NCBI GenBank assembly: GCA_016748015.1
Contig: JAAOMT010000710.1
Span: forward strand, 1-64,000
Origin: Geosiphon pyriformis uo1
Lineage: Eukaryota > Fungi > Glomeromycota
Direction: 5' to 3'
DNA length: 64,000 nucleotides
Shown here: positions 13,216 to 24,512 of the stretch, piece after piece
Layout: each line of letters opens with the position of its first letter
Position numbering within the stretch: the first letter of the stretch is position 1
The notes under the pieces: model-generated
Databases searched by the model: none
The model's input: only the letters and a program-made list of their open reading frames with translations
Told to the model about the DNA's origin: nothing
Program-made: the position numbers and the translations under genes

Positions 13216-13689
13216 TATTGTCTTGACTAATCCAAGTGATTAATCATGTGTAAAAAAAACATGAGCCACACTTAATTTAGAATCTGTTTTGATTTTATGT
13301 ACTTAGATAGTGATTGGACTGTACTTATAAAACTTTTAATAAAAAAAAATTTATGATTTTTTTTAAATATATTTTTTATTATTAAATCTATTATAAAAAT
13401 TAAAATCAAATTAAAATACTTTTTAAAATAAAAAAATTATTATCAAAAAAACATTAAATATGTTATAAGTCAAAAAAGCTTTTTCTAAGCAATATTAATA
13501 AAAATAATTCATTTAGTTTTAATTAAAACTTTTTTTTGCTTATATAACTTGAAAATTATAAATACTTAATTCACAGATTAGATATTACCTGGTTCAAATG
13601 ATCAACAAATAATAATCAAATTTAGTAATTATACTTATTATAATTTTTTTTTTCATTTTTAAATGTTCTGTCTTTTTTAACATTTGTCA

Positions 13690-15222
13690 TAATATGACTC
13701 AAAGTCAATAATACACTGTAAACTTCTTTGACAAAAGTTTTATTATTTCTGAAACACATTATAGTTTGTTTATTCGAAATTGGTGGATTCAGAAATAATT
13801 TGAAAATAAGATTTTTACTATACCTTACTAACTATATATACATGTTGGTTTTAAACTAAACAAATAACAGTTTATAATGACAATAGTAAAACAAACTAAT
13901 TGTCAAAAATCTGGCTTTATTTATACTAGTGGTTTAGAATCTAGTAATATTGAAAACTCACTTTCAACTGCAATTAATACTTTGTATCAAAGTATATTTG
14001 GTATTAAGACAGAATACTCAAATCTTTTAATCCTTGATTTTAATAATAAAGCTTTTGTTCAGAAATTAACAAAAAACATTTCATTTGTATCATTGTTTCT
14101 AAAAGTTGACAAACATACAATTATTATTAATTCAATTAGATGTTTATTTTTCAAAAATTACTATGATGCAGAAACAGGATATATCTTAACAATAATGACA
14201 AAGATAAGTAAACAATAATAACTTATTATACAAAAAATTAACAAATCTACTTGTCATTTACATATATATCAAGATGAAACATATATTAGATTAATTAAAG
14301 GCAAAACATTCAACAACATTTGGAAAAAATTAGGAATTCTTACTAAATATAATGGAGAAACCCTTTTTGGTATCAAATATCCTGATACATAATCCTTATT
14401 CCAATCAATGAATTATAAAAAATTATTTGTATGTACACTAAATAAATGAAGTAATAAAAACATACTGAAATGTGTTTTTGATGAACAGATCAAATCAAGA
14501 AAAATCCCTATACAAATATTAGATTGAATAGCTTTATTTTGTAAATAGTATAATCAAAAGAGCAATATTGTTTAATTCTTAAAAATATTGAAAAAAATTT
14601 ATCTGCTAGATTGTACTATATTAAAAAAAAATTATCTGCTTGATGAGCTATGTTTCAAAATTGTAGATGTTATGAAATTACTGTATATAGTAAAAAAATA
14701 GCAAACATAGAATTTTAGATTAAATCAAACACACCTAATTATAATAAAAATATTTTAGAAGCATTATATAATACTGGTTTTTTATATGTAACACCATCTG
14801 AACCAATAATCATTAACAATTCAAAAGAAGTAATTACTTTTTAAGAAAATTTTAGATTAATTTACAAATTTAATATTGATAGAATGTATAATAAGATTAG
14901 AATTTTGTCTATTATTGTAAAAAAATTTTCTTATTTAGTATTAAAACAATAGCTTAAAGTAAGAAATTAAGATCTTTATAATATGTTATATTCTAATACT
15001 TACTATAAAATTAGATCAGATCAGATACAATAAATGCTGCAAGAAAACATGCAAAATTATATGGTCTTGAATTATTTTTTTTTGAGAAACCAAAGTGTAC
15101 TTGCCAAAAGATGTCCAAAATCAAAGAATTACAATTCATTGAATTTTTTTTAGACAAAAATAATGTCACTATAAGTTCTTACAAAGTAGACTCAAAATCA
15201 AATTTACTTATCTTGTATATGA
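13690..15222 (+). pseudogene. 5' part of a spliced DDE transposase gene (Sola3-like), interrupted by LTR element 1
   Basis: Reading SSYKVDSKSNLLILY-M resumes as MKDQKK at 25249 across the ATGA target duplication. Intron-like GTAAGA..AG near 14959-15013. Confidence 0.55.
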
Positions 15223-16068
15223 TATTATGAGTAATTATTTGGGGTGTTGAATCAAATAACAAACCTGTAACTTGGTGCTAAAAGTTATTTGTGTTGATGT
15301 AATTAATCTGAAGGTTTTGTATCTGAAGGTTTTAGGTTGAGTTCTTTGTATAATAGACAGAGATTCAATAGTTGTTTTATCCATAGCTTCCCAGAATCAC
15401 AATTCTGTTAATTCTTCTCTCGGCATGATGGCCAGCAATCCTCTGGTAAGTATTTTGTATCTTCTGTATGTGTTCTACCCTCTTGCAGGAGTCTTTTACC
15501 AGACAATCCTTAATGTCAGTAATCTAGCACTTTATTCAACCAATTAGTACACAACAATAAAATCAAAATAAAATAAAGAAAAAAAATAAAAGAAAATCAT
15601 AAATAAGCCAAGACAATTTTGCAAGTCAGTATCTTATCAATAGCCATGATCAAGAGCTATTGTTCCAGTGTGTTTAAGTATCAATTACTATTAACATGGA
15701 GTGTTGATAGTGGAATTAGGTTTGAGATACCAAATAATTATTTATTGTATTTGGAAGATTGTCTAAATGAAATCTAAACTTAGAAGTCTGTCTTTTTCAG
15801 CTTTTAATACTACTGCTATATATACATAATTGAGATTTCTCAATTTTTCAATTCTTCACAACAGAAATCCTGGAATTCCTGGAATCCTGCAATTCCTTTG
15901 AGAGGAATCCTGGAATTCTGGAATCCTGCAATTTCTCGTGAGAATCCTGTAATTCCTGAAATTCTGCAATTCTTGAAAAGAATCCTGGAATTCCACATTT
16001 TACTATGTCTACTTTTGATTGGCTAATAACTATGCTAATATATATTCCCTATATTTCTATGAGTAACA
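15223..16068 (-). repeat. 3' LTR of element 1 (846 bp)
   Basis: T(A/G)TTA...GTAACA termini. Matches 24513-25248. Carries a GAATCCTG(G/C)AATT tandem array at about 15863-15995. Confidence 0.95.
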
Positions 16069-16083
16069 TTATTCCCTTCTTTT
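16069..16083 (-). promoter_or_regulatory. Polypurine tract of element 1
   Basis: AAAAGAAGGGAATAA on the minus strand abuts the 3' LTR. Confidence 0.85.
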
Positions 16084-16741
16084 AATATTGAGCTCCGTTG
16101 AAATCTAACTCTGTTAATTCTTTTTTTTGAAGTATTTCCTGAATTTCATTTTCGAAAATTACTTGTGTTATTTAAGTCTGTAATTCTTCAAATTGAGTGT
16201 TGATGATCTTTCCTAATTGATTACTGATAACCATGTCTATTGCTTTGTTGAGTAAGATTTCTGATCAATCCTGAAATGCTGTGTGTATTCAGTATATGGC
16301 TTGGGTCTGTGTGGATAAGTTGTTTTTTCCCACAAAATGTTCTAATTGTTGTAATATTCTGGTGTCGAATAATCACTTTGTTTTATCCGTATATAGATTC
16401 TGGATATTCACATGTTGTCCCAAGTAAAAATAACAATAGTTTCTTGGAAATTGTTGTATCCACCAATTCCAAGTTTCTTTAGTCAACTTTTGGTATAGTG
16501 ATTCTTTTGTCGACTCTTTTATTGCTAATTTTACTTTCACCATGATTTTGTCAATGGTATTTTCTGTTTTCTTCTGTGTTTTATGTGATGATGTCTTTCT
16601 AGTGTCTTGATATCAGATGGTTTGTTAATTAATTGTAATTTCCATCTCTTGGTGTTGAATCAATTGAAAGAGTTGTTGTGCTAGTGAGTGGATGTTGTCT
16701 GTAATTTCTATTTTTCTAATATTTCTTGTTGCATCTATCAT
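16082..16741 (-). pseudogene. Element 1 ORF3 (about 219 codons, unknown helical protein), homologous to 36072-36779
   Basis: One frame with only CGA/CAA-type stops: MIDATRNIRKIEITDNIHSLAQQLFQL...YCYFYLGQHV...AIY*IHTAF...LGKIINTQFEELQT*ITQVI...LDFNGAQY*. Confidence 0.8.
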
Positions 16742-18138
16742 GTCTTTATATATTCTTTTAATGAATTAATTAACATGTTGTTGTCAATAATGATAATTGG
16801 TTCCAGATCTCATGGAATCTCCTCTAGTTGGACTAGTATCTTCTGTACTCCTAATTGTGGAATATTACTGGTGGATGGTGGTGTGATGTTGTGGTATGAT
16901 TTCAGTCAATCTCTATGTGCTGCTTTGGTTAAAATTTTGTTATCTAGTCTTAATTTGTAAGCTCCATTTCCTAGAATTTCTTCTATGTGAAATGGTCCAT
17001 CCCATTTGGGGTCGAATTTTCTACTTCATTGTTTTTCCGCTTTAATATGATGTAAAAGTACTTTGTCTCTAATCTTGAATTCAATTGGTTTGTCTGGTAG
17101 TTGATTATCATGTCTTTCTTTTTGTTTTTCTTGTGACTTTTGTATGTTATTAGCTGCTCTTCTTTGTTTGTTTTCCAATGTTTTCATTAAGTCATATGTT
17201 CTTCTTAACAATGTCTCTTGGAAATTCTCTTTTATTATTGGTTTAATTAGATATGTGTTAACCTTTATCTCAACTGGTAATGTTGCTGTTCTATCATATA
17301 TCAATTCAAATAGTGTTGCTTGTGCAGTGTCTTGCTTCATTGTCTGATAAGCAAATAATACTGATGCTATGAACAAATCCTATTCATCCTGGTTTTTTTG
17401 GCTGAGTTTTGCTATTGCTTCACACAATGTTCTATTAACTAATCTATTGGTTTGTGGATAGTATAGTAATGATAGTGGTCTCTTAATTCCAAATTTTTGG
17501 CTTAGTTCTGCTAATGTTATATTCACAAAATGGGTTCCTTGGTCTGATAATAGTTCTTTTGGACATCTATGTTGACAAATCAGATCTTGATGGACGAATT
17601 TGACAATGGATTCTGCATCTGCTCTTTGAATTGCTTTGGCTTCTGGCTATTTAGTAAGATAGTCCATGGCTACTGCAATATATCTGTTGCCTCTGCTGGT
17701 AATTGTCAATGGTCTGACTAAATCAATTCCAATGCAGTCAAATGGTTGTCCCACTTTGATTGGTCTCAATGGTTCACTGGGTCTTGTTCCTCCTCTTTTT
17801 TAACAAGTATTACAATTTTGCATATATTGAATGATGTCTGAATACATTGATGACCAATAGTAGCTCTTTTTGGTTCTTTCTATGGTTGCTTCTTTATGAA
17901 AATGTCCTGCAGCTGAATCTGAGTGCATGTTGAACAGTATTGTTTCTTTTTCTAGTTCTGTAATTACTCTAATTGGTTGATCTGAATCTTTTCTATTTTT
18001 CCAATAAAGTATATTTTGGTGAGTGATAAAATATTTGGATTGTTGTTTAATTCTCTTTTGTTCTGGTTGAGATAATTTCTCCTTGAACTGTTGAGTATCT
18101 ATATAATGTTGAAGTTGTTGATATTTTTGTGTGTTCAT
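16738..18138 (-). pseudogene. Element 1 integrase, apparently a separate ORF
   Basis: MNTQKY start. HHCC (MHSDSAAGHF...CNTC). IGIDLV and SDQG core motifs. C-terminal WDGPF (GPY/F). No chromodomain. Confidence 0.88.
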
Positions 18139-18199
18139 TTTTTGTTATATTTTCGTGAGTATTGTTTTGGTTTTGTTATATTTTTGGGTTGAAATGTTT

Positions 18200-21100
18200 T
18201 TAGATTTGTCTTATTCATGACAAACCATCAGCATTTCCATTGTCTTTTCCCTTTTTATAATGTATGATATAAGTATATGACAAAAGTGCCATTTTCCATC
18301 TTGACTGTCTGTCATCTCCAAATTCTTGTTTCTGGAGTGATGTCAGTCCTTTGTGATTTGTATACACCTTAAACTTCTGGCTTAAGTATTTTTTCCATTT
18401 TATGACTGCCCAATAGATTGCTAGATGTTCTAATTCTGGTGTTCCATAATTCTTTTCAGCTAGAATCAAACCTCAGCTGGCATATGCAATTGGATGTTCT
18501 CTTCTATCCAATCCTCTCTGAGATAGTACTGCTCCCAATGCTTGACCTGATGCATTAGTGGTGATAATAAATGGTTTACTATGATCTGAATAGATCAATA
18601 CTGGAGCTTGAATAAGCTTTCTTAAGATATTAAATGCTTTTTGCTGGGTTTCAGTCCATTCATACTTTGTATTTTTGGTTTGAAGATTATTGAGTGGTTG
18701 TACTATCTTTGAAAAGTTCTTTATGAAGTGTTTATAATAGCTTGCAAATCCCAAGAATAATTTCAGCTCGGTTACATTGGTTGGTATTGGAAAGTTCTTT
18801 ACTATCTCTATTTTTTCCGGATCTGTTTTTATGCCATCTTTGCTAACTATGTGTTCCAAGAATTTTAGTTCTGTTTTGCCAAAACACTTTTTTGCATTTA
18901 ATTTTAATTCTGCTCATTATAGTCTTTTGAACACTTGTTGGAAATAACATAGATGATTATTGAATGTTTTTGAGAACACATTAATGTCATTTAAGTATAT
19001 AACTACTGATTTCCACAATAAACTGGTATACACAATTTCCATTAGCCATTGGAATGTAGCTAGAGCATTGGTTAAGCCGAATGGCATAACTTCAAACTCA
19101 AAGTTTCCCTCTCTTGTGGTGAATGCCGTTTTTTCTTTGTCAGCTGGATTTATGACTATTTGCCAGTACCCACTATCTAAATCTAATGTTGAGAACCATT
19201 TGTTTCCATTAAAAGTGTCAAATAGTTCTTGTATCCATGAAGTTGGATAGCTGTTTCCACAAATTACACCATTGAGTTTCCTGTAGTCTACACAAAATTG
19301 GATTTTTCCATTCTTTTTACAGACAAGTACTACTGGTAACAACCATGGGCTCATTGATGGCTGAATTAACCCATTGTTAAGCATTTAGTTGATCTCTTGA
19401 TGAATGATTTCATGGCTGGCTGGTGGTATCCTATATGCTTGCTGTTTGATTGGCATTGTATCTCCAGTTTTGATCTAATGCTGAATAATATTAGTTCTGC
19501 CAAATTTGTTTTCATTGGTGAAGATGTCATTGAAATTATTGAGTAACATCTTTAGTTGCATCTGTTAAAGTGAGTCTAGATTTTCCATGTTTATCTGTTC
19601 TAATTGTTCTGACTGTAATAGATAACATTTGTTTCATCCATAGATGGTTTGTGATGTAATGTCCACATATTTACAAAGCTGTGGAAAATCTGGAATGCTG
19701 CTTGGTGCTTGATCTTCAATTTCCATGGTTAAATATCTGAGAGTAGTTTTTTTTGGTATTTCTACAACATTTCCAGTGTTGTTGTAGATGGGAATTTTGA
19801 TATGATTATGATTCTTGGCTGGTATGTGTAGATTGATAAGTCCAATTTCTCTTGATTCACAAAGGGTTGCTTCTGCTTCAAGAATCTGTTCTTGCTTCTT
19901 CTCTCTTTTTTCTATTGCTAACATGTATTGGCTATATGGTAGAATGGAAATTGTTTGACTGGTTGAAATAATTTTTTCTTGGCCAATAATTTTTTCTTCC
20001 ACTATATTAACTGATACATCTATTCTACCTGTAGATCCAAATTCCTGTATTCCTTTTGCTGTTATCCCTAATTCTTCTTTGTTTCTCACTGACACTAATT
20101 GAGCTACTTTAACCAGAGGCAGAAATATTGCCTGTGCTATTTTTTTATTTGGCTCTATAATATAGGTCTTTTTTGAGTTATTTTGTAGCATGGCAATGAT
20201 ATTTCCTACATATTTTGTGTCAATTATTCCTCCTTTTATATTTATCCTTCTTTTCACTAGACTACTCCTAGATGCTAATTGAATCATTGTTGTTGCCGGA
20301 ATTTTCAGTGCTATTTTCAAATCAATGCAGGTGTGTGGATGTGGTTCCAATTGGATGGCCTCTTTTCCTGGATACCTTAAATCAAACCTGGCATTAGTAT
20401 CATGCATGTGTTCTGGCATAATATCTTCATTATTATTGCTAAATCATTTAAGTTCCAGTTCCTTGATGAGGTCAGGAAGTGCAATATATTGTTCATAGTC
20501 TGGATTAGAGTTTAAATCTGAATTGGAATTGTTGTCATTGTTATTGCCATATTGAATAGAGCTGGAACCAGTGTTTTCATCGTCATCATTATTGGAGTTT
20601 GAATCAGGATTAAAAATCAATTCCAATTCTGATGCACAGCTGCTGATTGGTTCTTCTTTTTCTGGGATTGTGTAGATTATGTGTGGTGGTAGATTGTAAA
20701 TGAGGTCACACTCATTACAATATTGGAAGTTACATGGAATCAAACAGTGGTCACATAGTCGAGTGTTTATTTCTTCCAACCATTGCTCTTGTTCTTCTCG
20801 AGTAGGTGCCAACCATTGATAATGCTTGTAGAATTCTTCTGGATTGTTCTCAATGTTGCCAAATATATCAAACGTTAGGACGTATTCAGATTCAAGCAGA
20901 GATAGGGGGTTGTTTTTGATTTCTAGTAGTTCACTGGTTGTCACACCTTCTGCCTTTGCATTCATCATTCTCCAGAGTTTATGTTTGTTGTGTGAATATC
21001 TTTCCAATCATCATAATGTTTGTTTCCAGGCATCATCAATTGGTGTTCTCTTGCATACCCAATCATTGATTAGTATCATATACTGGCAGGTTTCATCACA

Positions 21101-24100
21101 TGTTCCTCCTCTCCCAGGAATGTTATTCCACATTCCTTCGTTGAGAAGAGTTTCCCCACATGCTAAACATAGTGTATTATCCCATTTTCCTACTCGTTTT
21201 GGTCTTTCAAAGTGTTCGACAAGGTATGCATGACAATAGAACTTAGTTGCCATCTGGTATTCTTTGTTATCGCCACAGCAGACACTCATTAATGACAATT
21301 TTTTGCCTCAATCGATGCATATAAGCTTTGGTCGGCGATAGCTCAATAATTGTGGTGGTATATATGTATAAAGAGTGTAACTGGCAGTTGGTAGTGGCTT
21401 CTCTTCCTTCATTTTTCCTTTCTCTTTTTTTCTCTTATCCCATCCCCAAATTGGTGGTTCTTCTAAGTCATGGTTGGTGTCCTAGACTTGATCTGCATTC
21501 CAGGTAGGTTCTGTTCTCTTTTGTTTTTCTTTGCCATTGTCATTTTATGAGAGTATTGGCAGTAGCTCGTTGTGTTTTTCGTCAGTCCATGAGACTTGAT
21601 ACGCTTTCCAGGTAGGTTTTGGTTTTTCTTCTTTGAGGTTAATTAGTGGTGCTGTGGTGTTGGTAGCTTTAAAGTGACCACACGTTGCTGGTACTTGCGT
21701 GTGTTGACTATTCTGGCTGAGTACTAATTCTTGAGTCATCCAATTGAGCACAGTGTTAGTTTTGGATAGCCAGTTATTATCAACTAACACTTGATATTGG
21801 GTGGCTTTTATCACCAGAACTTTAATGGGTACTACGATGCCATTGACTTCAATTAGGAAGTCATCAATTTCACCAATTGGAGTTTTGGTGGCTCTATCTA
21901 CAGTGATAATCCTGGTGCTGGCAGCACAATCAACTTGGTGACCTAATTGATCCATGAGTTGTTGTGTGATGATGCTGTCTGCTGAACCACTGTCAAGAAT
22001 TAATTTGATGAAGTGGCCATCAACCTTGGCATCAATGTACATAGCCATGATTGGTTTCTCTTCAAATGCTGCTCCACTGAATAATGGCGTATCTGATGAT
22101 TTCTCAAGTTTGAATAGGAAGATGGCATCCAAAAATTCATTTTTGGTGATTGTAGCAGGTGGAATATTATTGGTAGGTGGTTGTTGTTGTTTGATTCTCT
22201 GATTGCTGGAGGTGGTATCTTCTGGAGTCATCAAAAAACTTAAATAGTGTTGAGAATTCGGGTTTTAGGTGGGATCGGTGCCCAAATTCTACTAACAAGA
22301 TCTTGATTGTTGGTGAGAAGAGCTGGAAATTGGTTGATGTACAACCATCACCGATCTCCAGTTTTGGATGATTCTCAATCTTGGGTTTCTTGATGTCATT
22401 TGAATTGGATTTGCTGGTGGTGTTTGAATGGTGGGTGTTTGATAGATTGCTGGTGGCTGTGGTTGATATATTATTTATGGCTGCACCTGATAAATTGCTT
22501 GTGGCAGTGGTTGATAAACTGGAGTTTAATAAACTGGCAGTTGATAAATTGGTTGGTACATCATAGGCAGATAAGTGGGTTGGTATTGGTCTTAATTCAG
22601 GTGATGGTTCAGAGTTTGAAACTGGCAATCGGGGTTTCTATATTAATTTCCTGGTCATAGATTGCTATAAGTATGGCAGTTGGCTCTGATGTGTTCTTGT
22701 TTATCACAGTTGTGGCAGACATGCATCTCTGGCTGCCATAACTGATTGGATGATGATGATAGATGTGACTGATTTTGGAAACGATTTGCATTTCCCTGAT
22801 TGTTATGCCATTGAGAAGATTGATAAATTGTGTGATTGTCAGCTAAGTATTCCTCTAATTTCTGATTAATTGAATCACTGAATTGCTTCAATTTAGAATC
22901 CAATTCAGATGATCCATTCATTGCTAGATTCACAGCTTGAGCATGATTAGCTTCTAGTTCAGCTGCTTCAAAATCTTTGGCGTATGTGACTGTGGTTGGA
23001 AGATTTACTGGGTACATTGGACGTACTTGTTGTAGGATGCTACTGCACAATTCTCTAATAAATTGATTTAAAATCTGTGGTGCTGTGAAATAGTCAGCTT
23101 GGATGGCTTGTATTTGGTGTAGATTTCTATGGAAGCATCCCAAATAGGTAGTGACTGCTTCAGTGTCTCCTTGTTTGATAGTTGTAAAGATATTGGCTAA
23201 TTTGTTAATACTATTATTGTTGTTAAAGTACTGCAAGAATTCAGTTTTGAATTCATTAAAATTTTGGGGTTTGACAGCAAGGCTTTAATATCATGCATCA
23301 GTAGTATCCTAGAGAAAATAAGGGATTGTTTGCATTGCTCTAGCATTATTTCAATTATCGACTGTAATGGCTTTGGCCATGTCATTTAACCAGACTTGGG
23401 CATAATTTTCTTTACCATTGAATTTGTCAAGTTTTACGATAGATGCATAAGCCATTTGTTGTTGCTGTGATGGTAGAAGTTGTTGTTGTTGTTGGGATGG
23501 TACTGGTGGCAGTTGTTGATTTTGTTGGTTCAGTGGTTGGATGGGCTGGCCAATTGGTTCAATGGGTGGTTGATTGATGATGATAACTGGAGATAAGTAT
23601 TGATTAATTACTTCAGAGTTTGGATTGTTCTGATTTGGTGGGGTTTGAATATTCAGAGTGTTATTTTCTGAATTGTTTAAATTGGGCTGGATTTGAAAGT
23701 TTGGGGTTTTAATTTCCGGGTTTTTTAGGATCGGGTTTTGGTAAGTAAATTCTTAATCCTTAAATTCTTCTTCCTCTTCTACTTTTTGTTCTCCTTCCAA
23801 TTCAGTAATTTCCTAAGAACTCACAATTCTGAAATTTGGTTGAGGTGGTGGTGATCAAAATCCTGATGGCATCAGTGATCAAGATTTAAATTCTTCAAAA
23901 TACTTGCCATATGGTCCTAGTAGATCCTCTTTCTTTTGTTTATTTTGGAATAGAAAACGTCCAAATGCTGATGTCACATTTGATGTGGATGCATCTGTTG
24001 ATAATATATTGATGGCACTTCTAAGAATATAGTGGTAGGATGGGTTGTTTAGGAACTTAACTCTAGTTTTCTTCCAAGTAAGTGGTTGTATCTTTTGAGA

Positions 24101-24451
24101 TGTTACTGCTGGTGTTTGTAGTTTTCCTTTGTCTTTACTTGTATAAGTAATTGGGTATCTTTGTTGTGTGTGGTGTTCAATTTCTTTGTTAATCTCAGTA
24201 ATAATGGATGCAAAATTATAATTTGTGGATAGGCTGGTGTTTTGAATTAATTCATTGTAAAAAGTTTCTCTTACTGATTCAATATTCATAGATGTTTCCA
24301 ACAGATAGACAATCCTTTCATTGACATAGAAATTGAAAGCTGATTTTGCTGATATGTAATTATGGATTAATCCCAAATGTTGACAGTAATGTTGAAATAA
24401 GAATTTCGCGAATCTTAGATGGTTTGCTTCAATGTTTTCTGATTCTGCCAC
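18200..24451 (-). pseudogene. Element 1 Gag-Pol: extended Gag, CCHC, protease, Cys-rich domain, dUTPase, RT, RNase H
   Basis: All fragments from 23879 to 18215 share one frame. Motifs: CHNCDKQEHIRANC, LILDSGS, dUTPase, FCVDYRKLN, MPFGL, YLND, TNASG, ADGLS. Confidence 0.92.
20020..20419 (-). other. dut: dUTPase domain of element 1
   Basis: ARFDL (motif I), ASRSSL (II), GGIIDTKYVG (III), KIAQAI (IV), KGIQEFGSTG (V). Confidence 0.9.
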
Positions 24452-24494
24452 TTTTGGATGAGGTTATTGGTGCTGGTTCTTTGTAGGATTATAT

Positions 24495-24510
24495 CTCACA
24501 GGAAGCACTA
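24495..24510 (-). promoter_or_regulatory. Primer-binding site of element 1
   Basis: T(A/G)GTGCTTCCTGTGAG 2 nt inside the 5' LTR. Its complement CTCAC.GGAAGCAC(C)A resembles a tRNA 3' end, possibly Ile-UAU; identity unverified. Confidence 0.75.
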
Positions 24511-24512
24511 AA

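Larger units (their letters stand above)
6541..13349 (+). mobile_element. Full-length degenerate non-LTR retrotransposon (LINE A) with RNase H
   Basis: ORF1, ORF2, 3' UTR and poly(A) at 13341-13349. Colinear with the copy at 54292-61181. Confidence 0.92.

Noticed and set aside
15863-15995. CRISPR-like array (also 45650-45810)
   Set aside because: Head-to-tail repeats without unique spacers, inside LTRs, with no cas genes.
22167-22628. Gag-Pol ribosomal frameshift or separate Ser/Thr-rich ORF
   Set aside because: Gag and protease fragments share one frame; this ORF is an alternate frame of the Gln/Pro/Tyr-rich Gag tail.
24495-24510. tRNA gene
   Set aside because: Only the short PBS complement is present; no tRNA or rRNA gene was recognised in the window.
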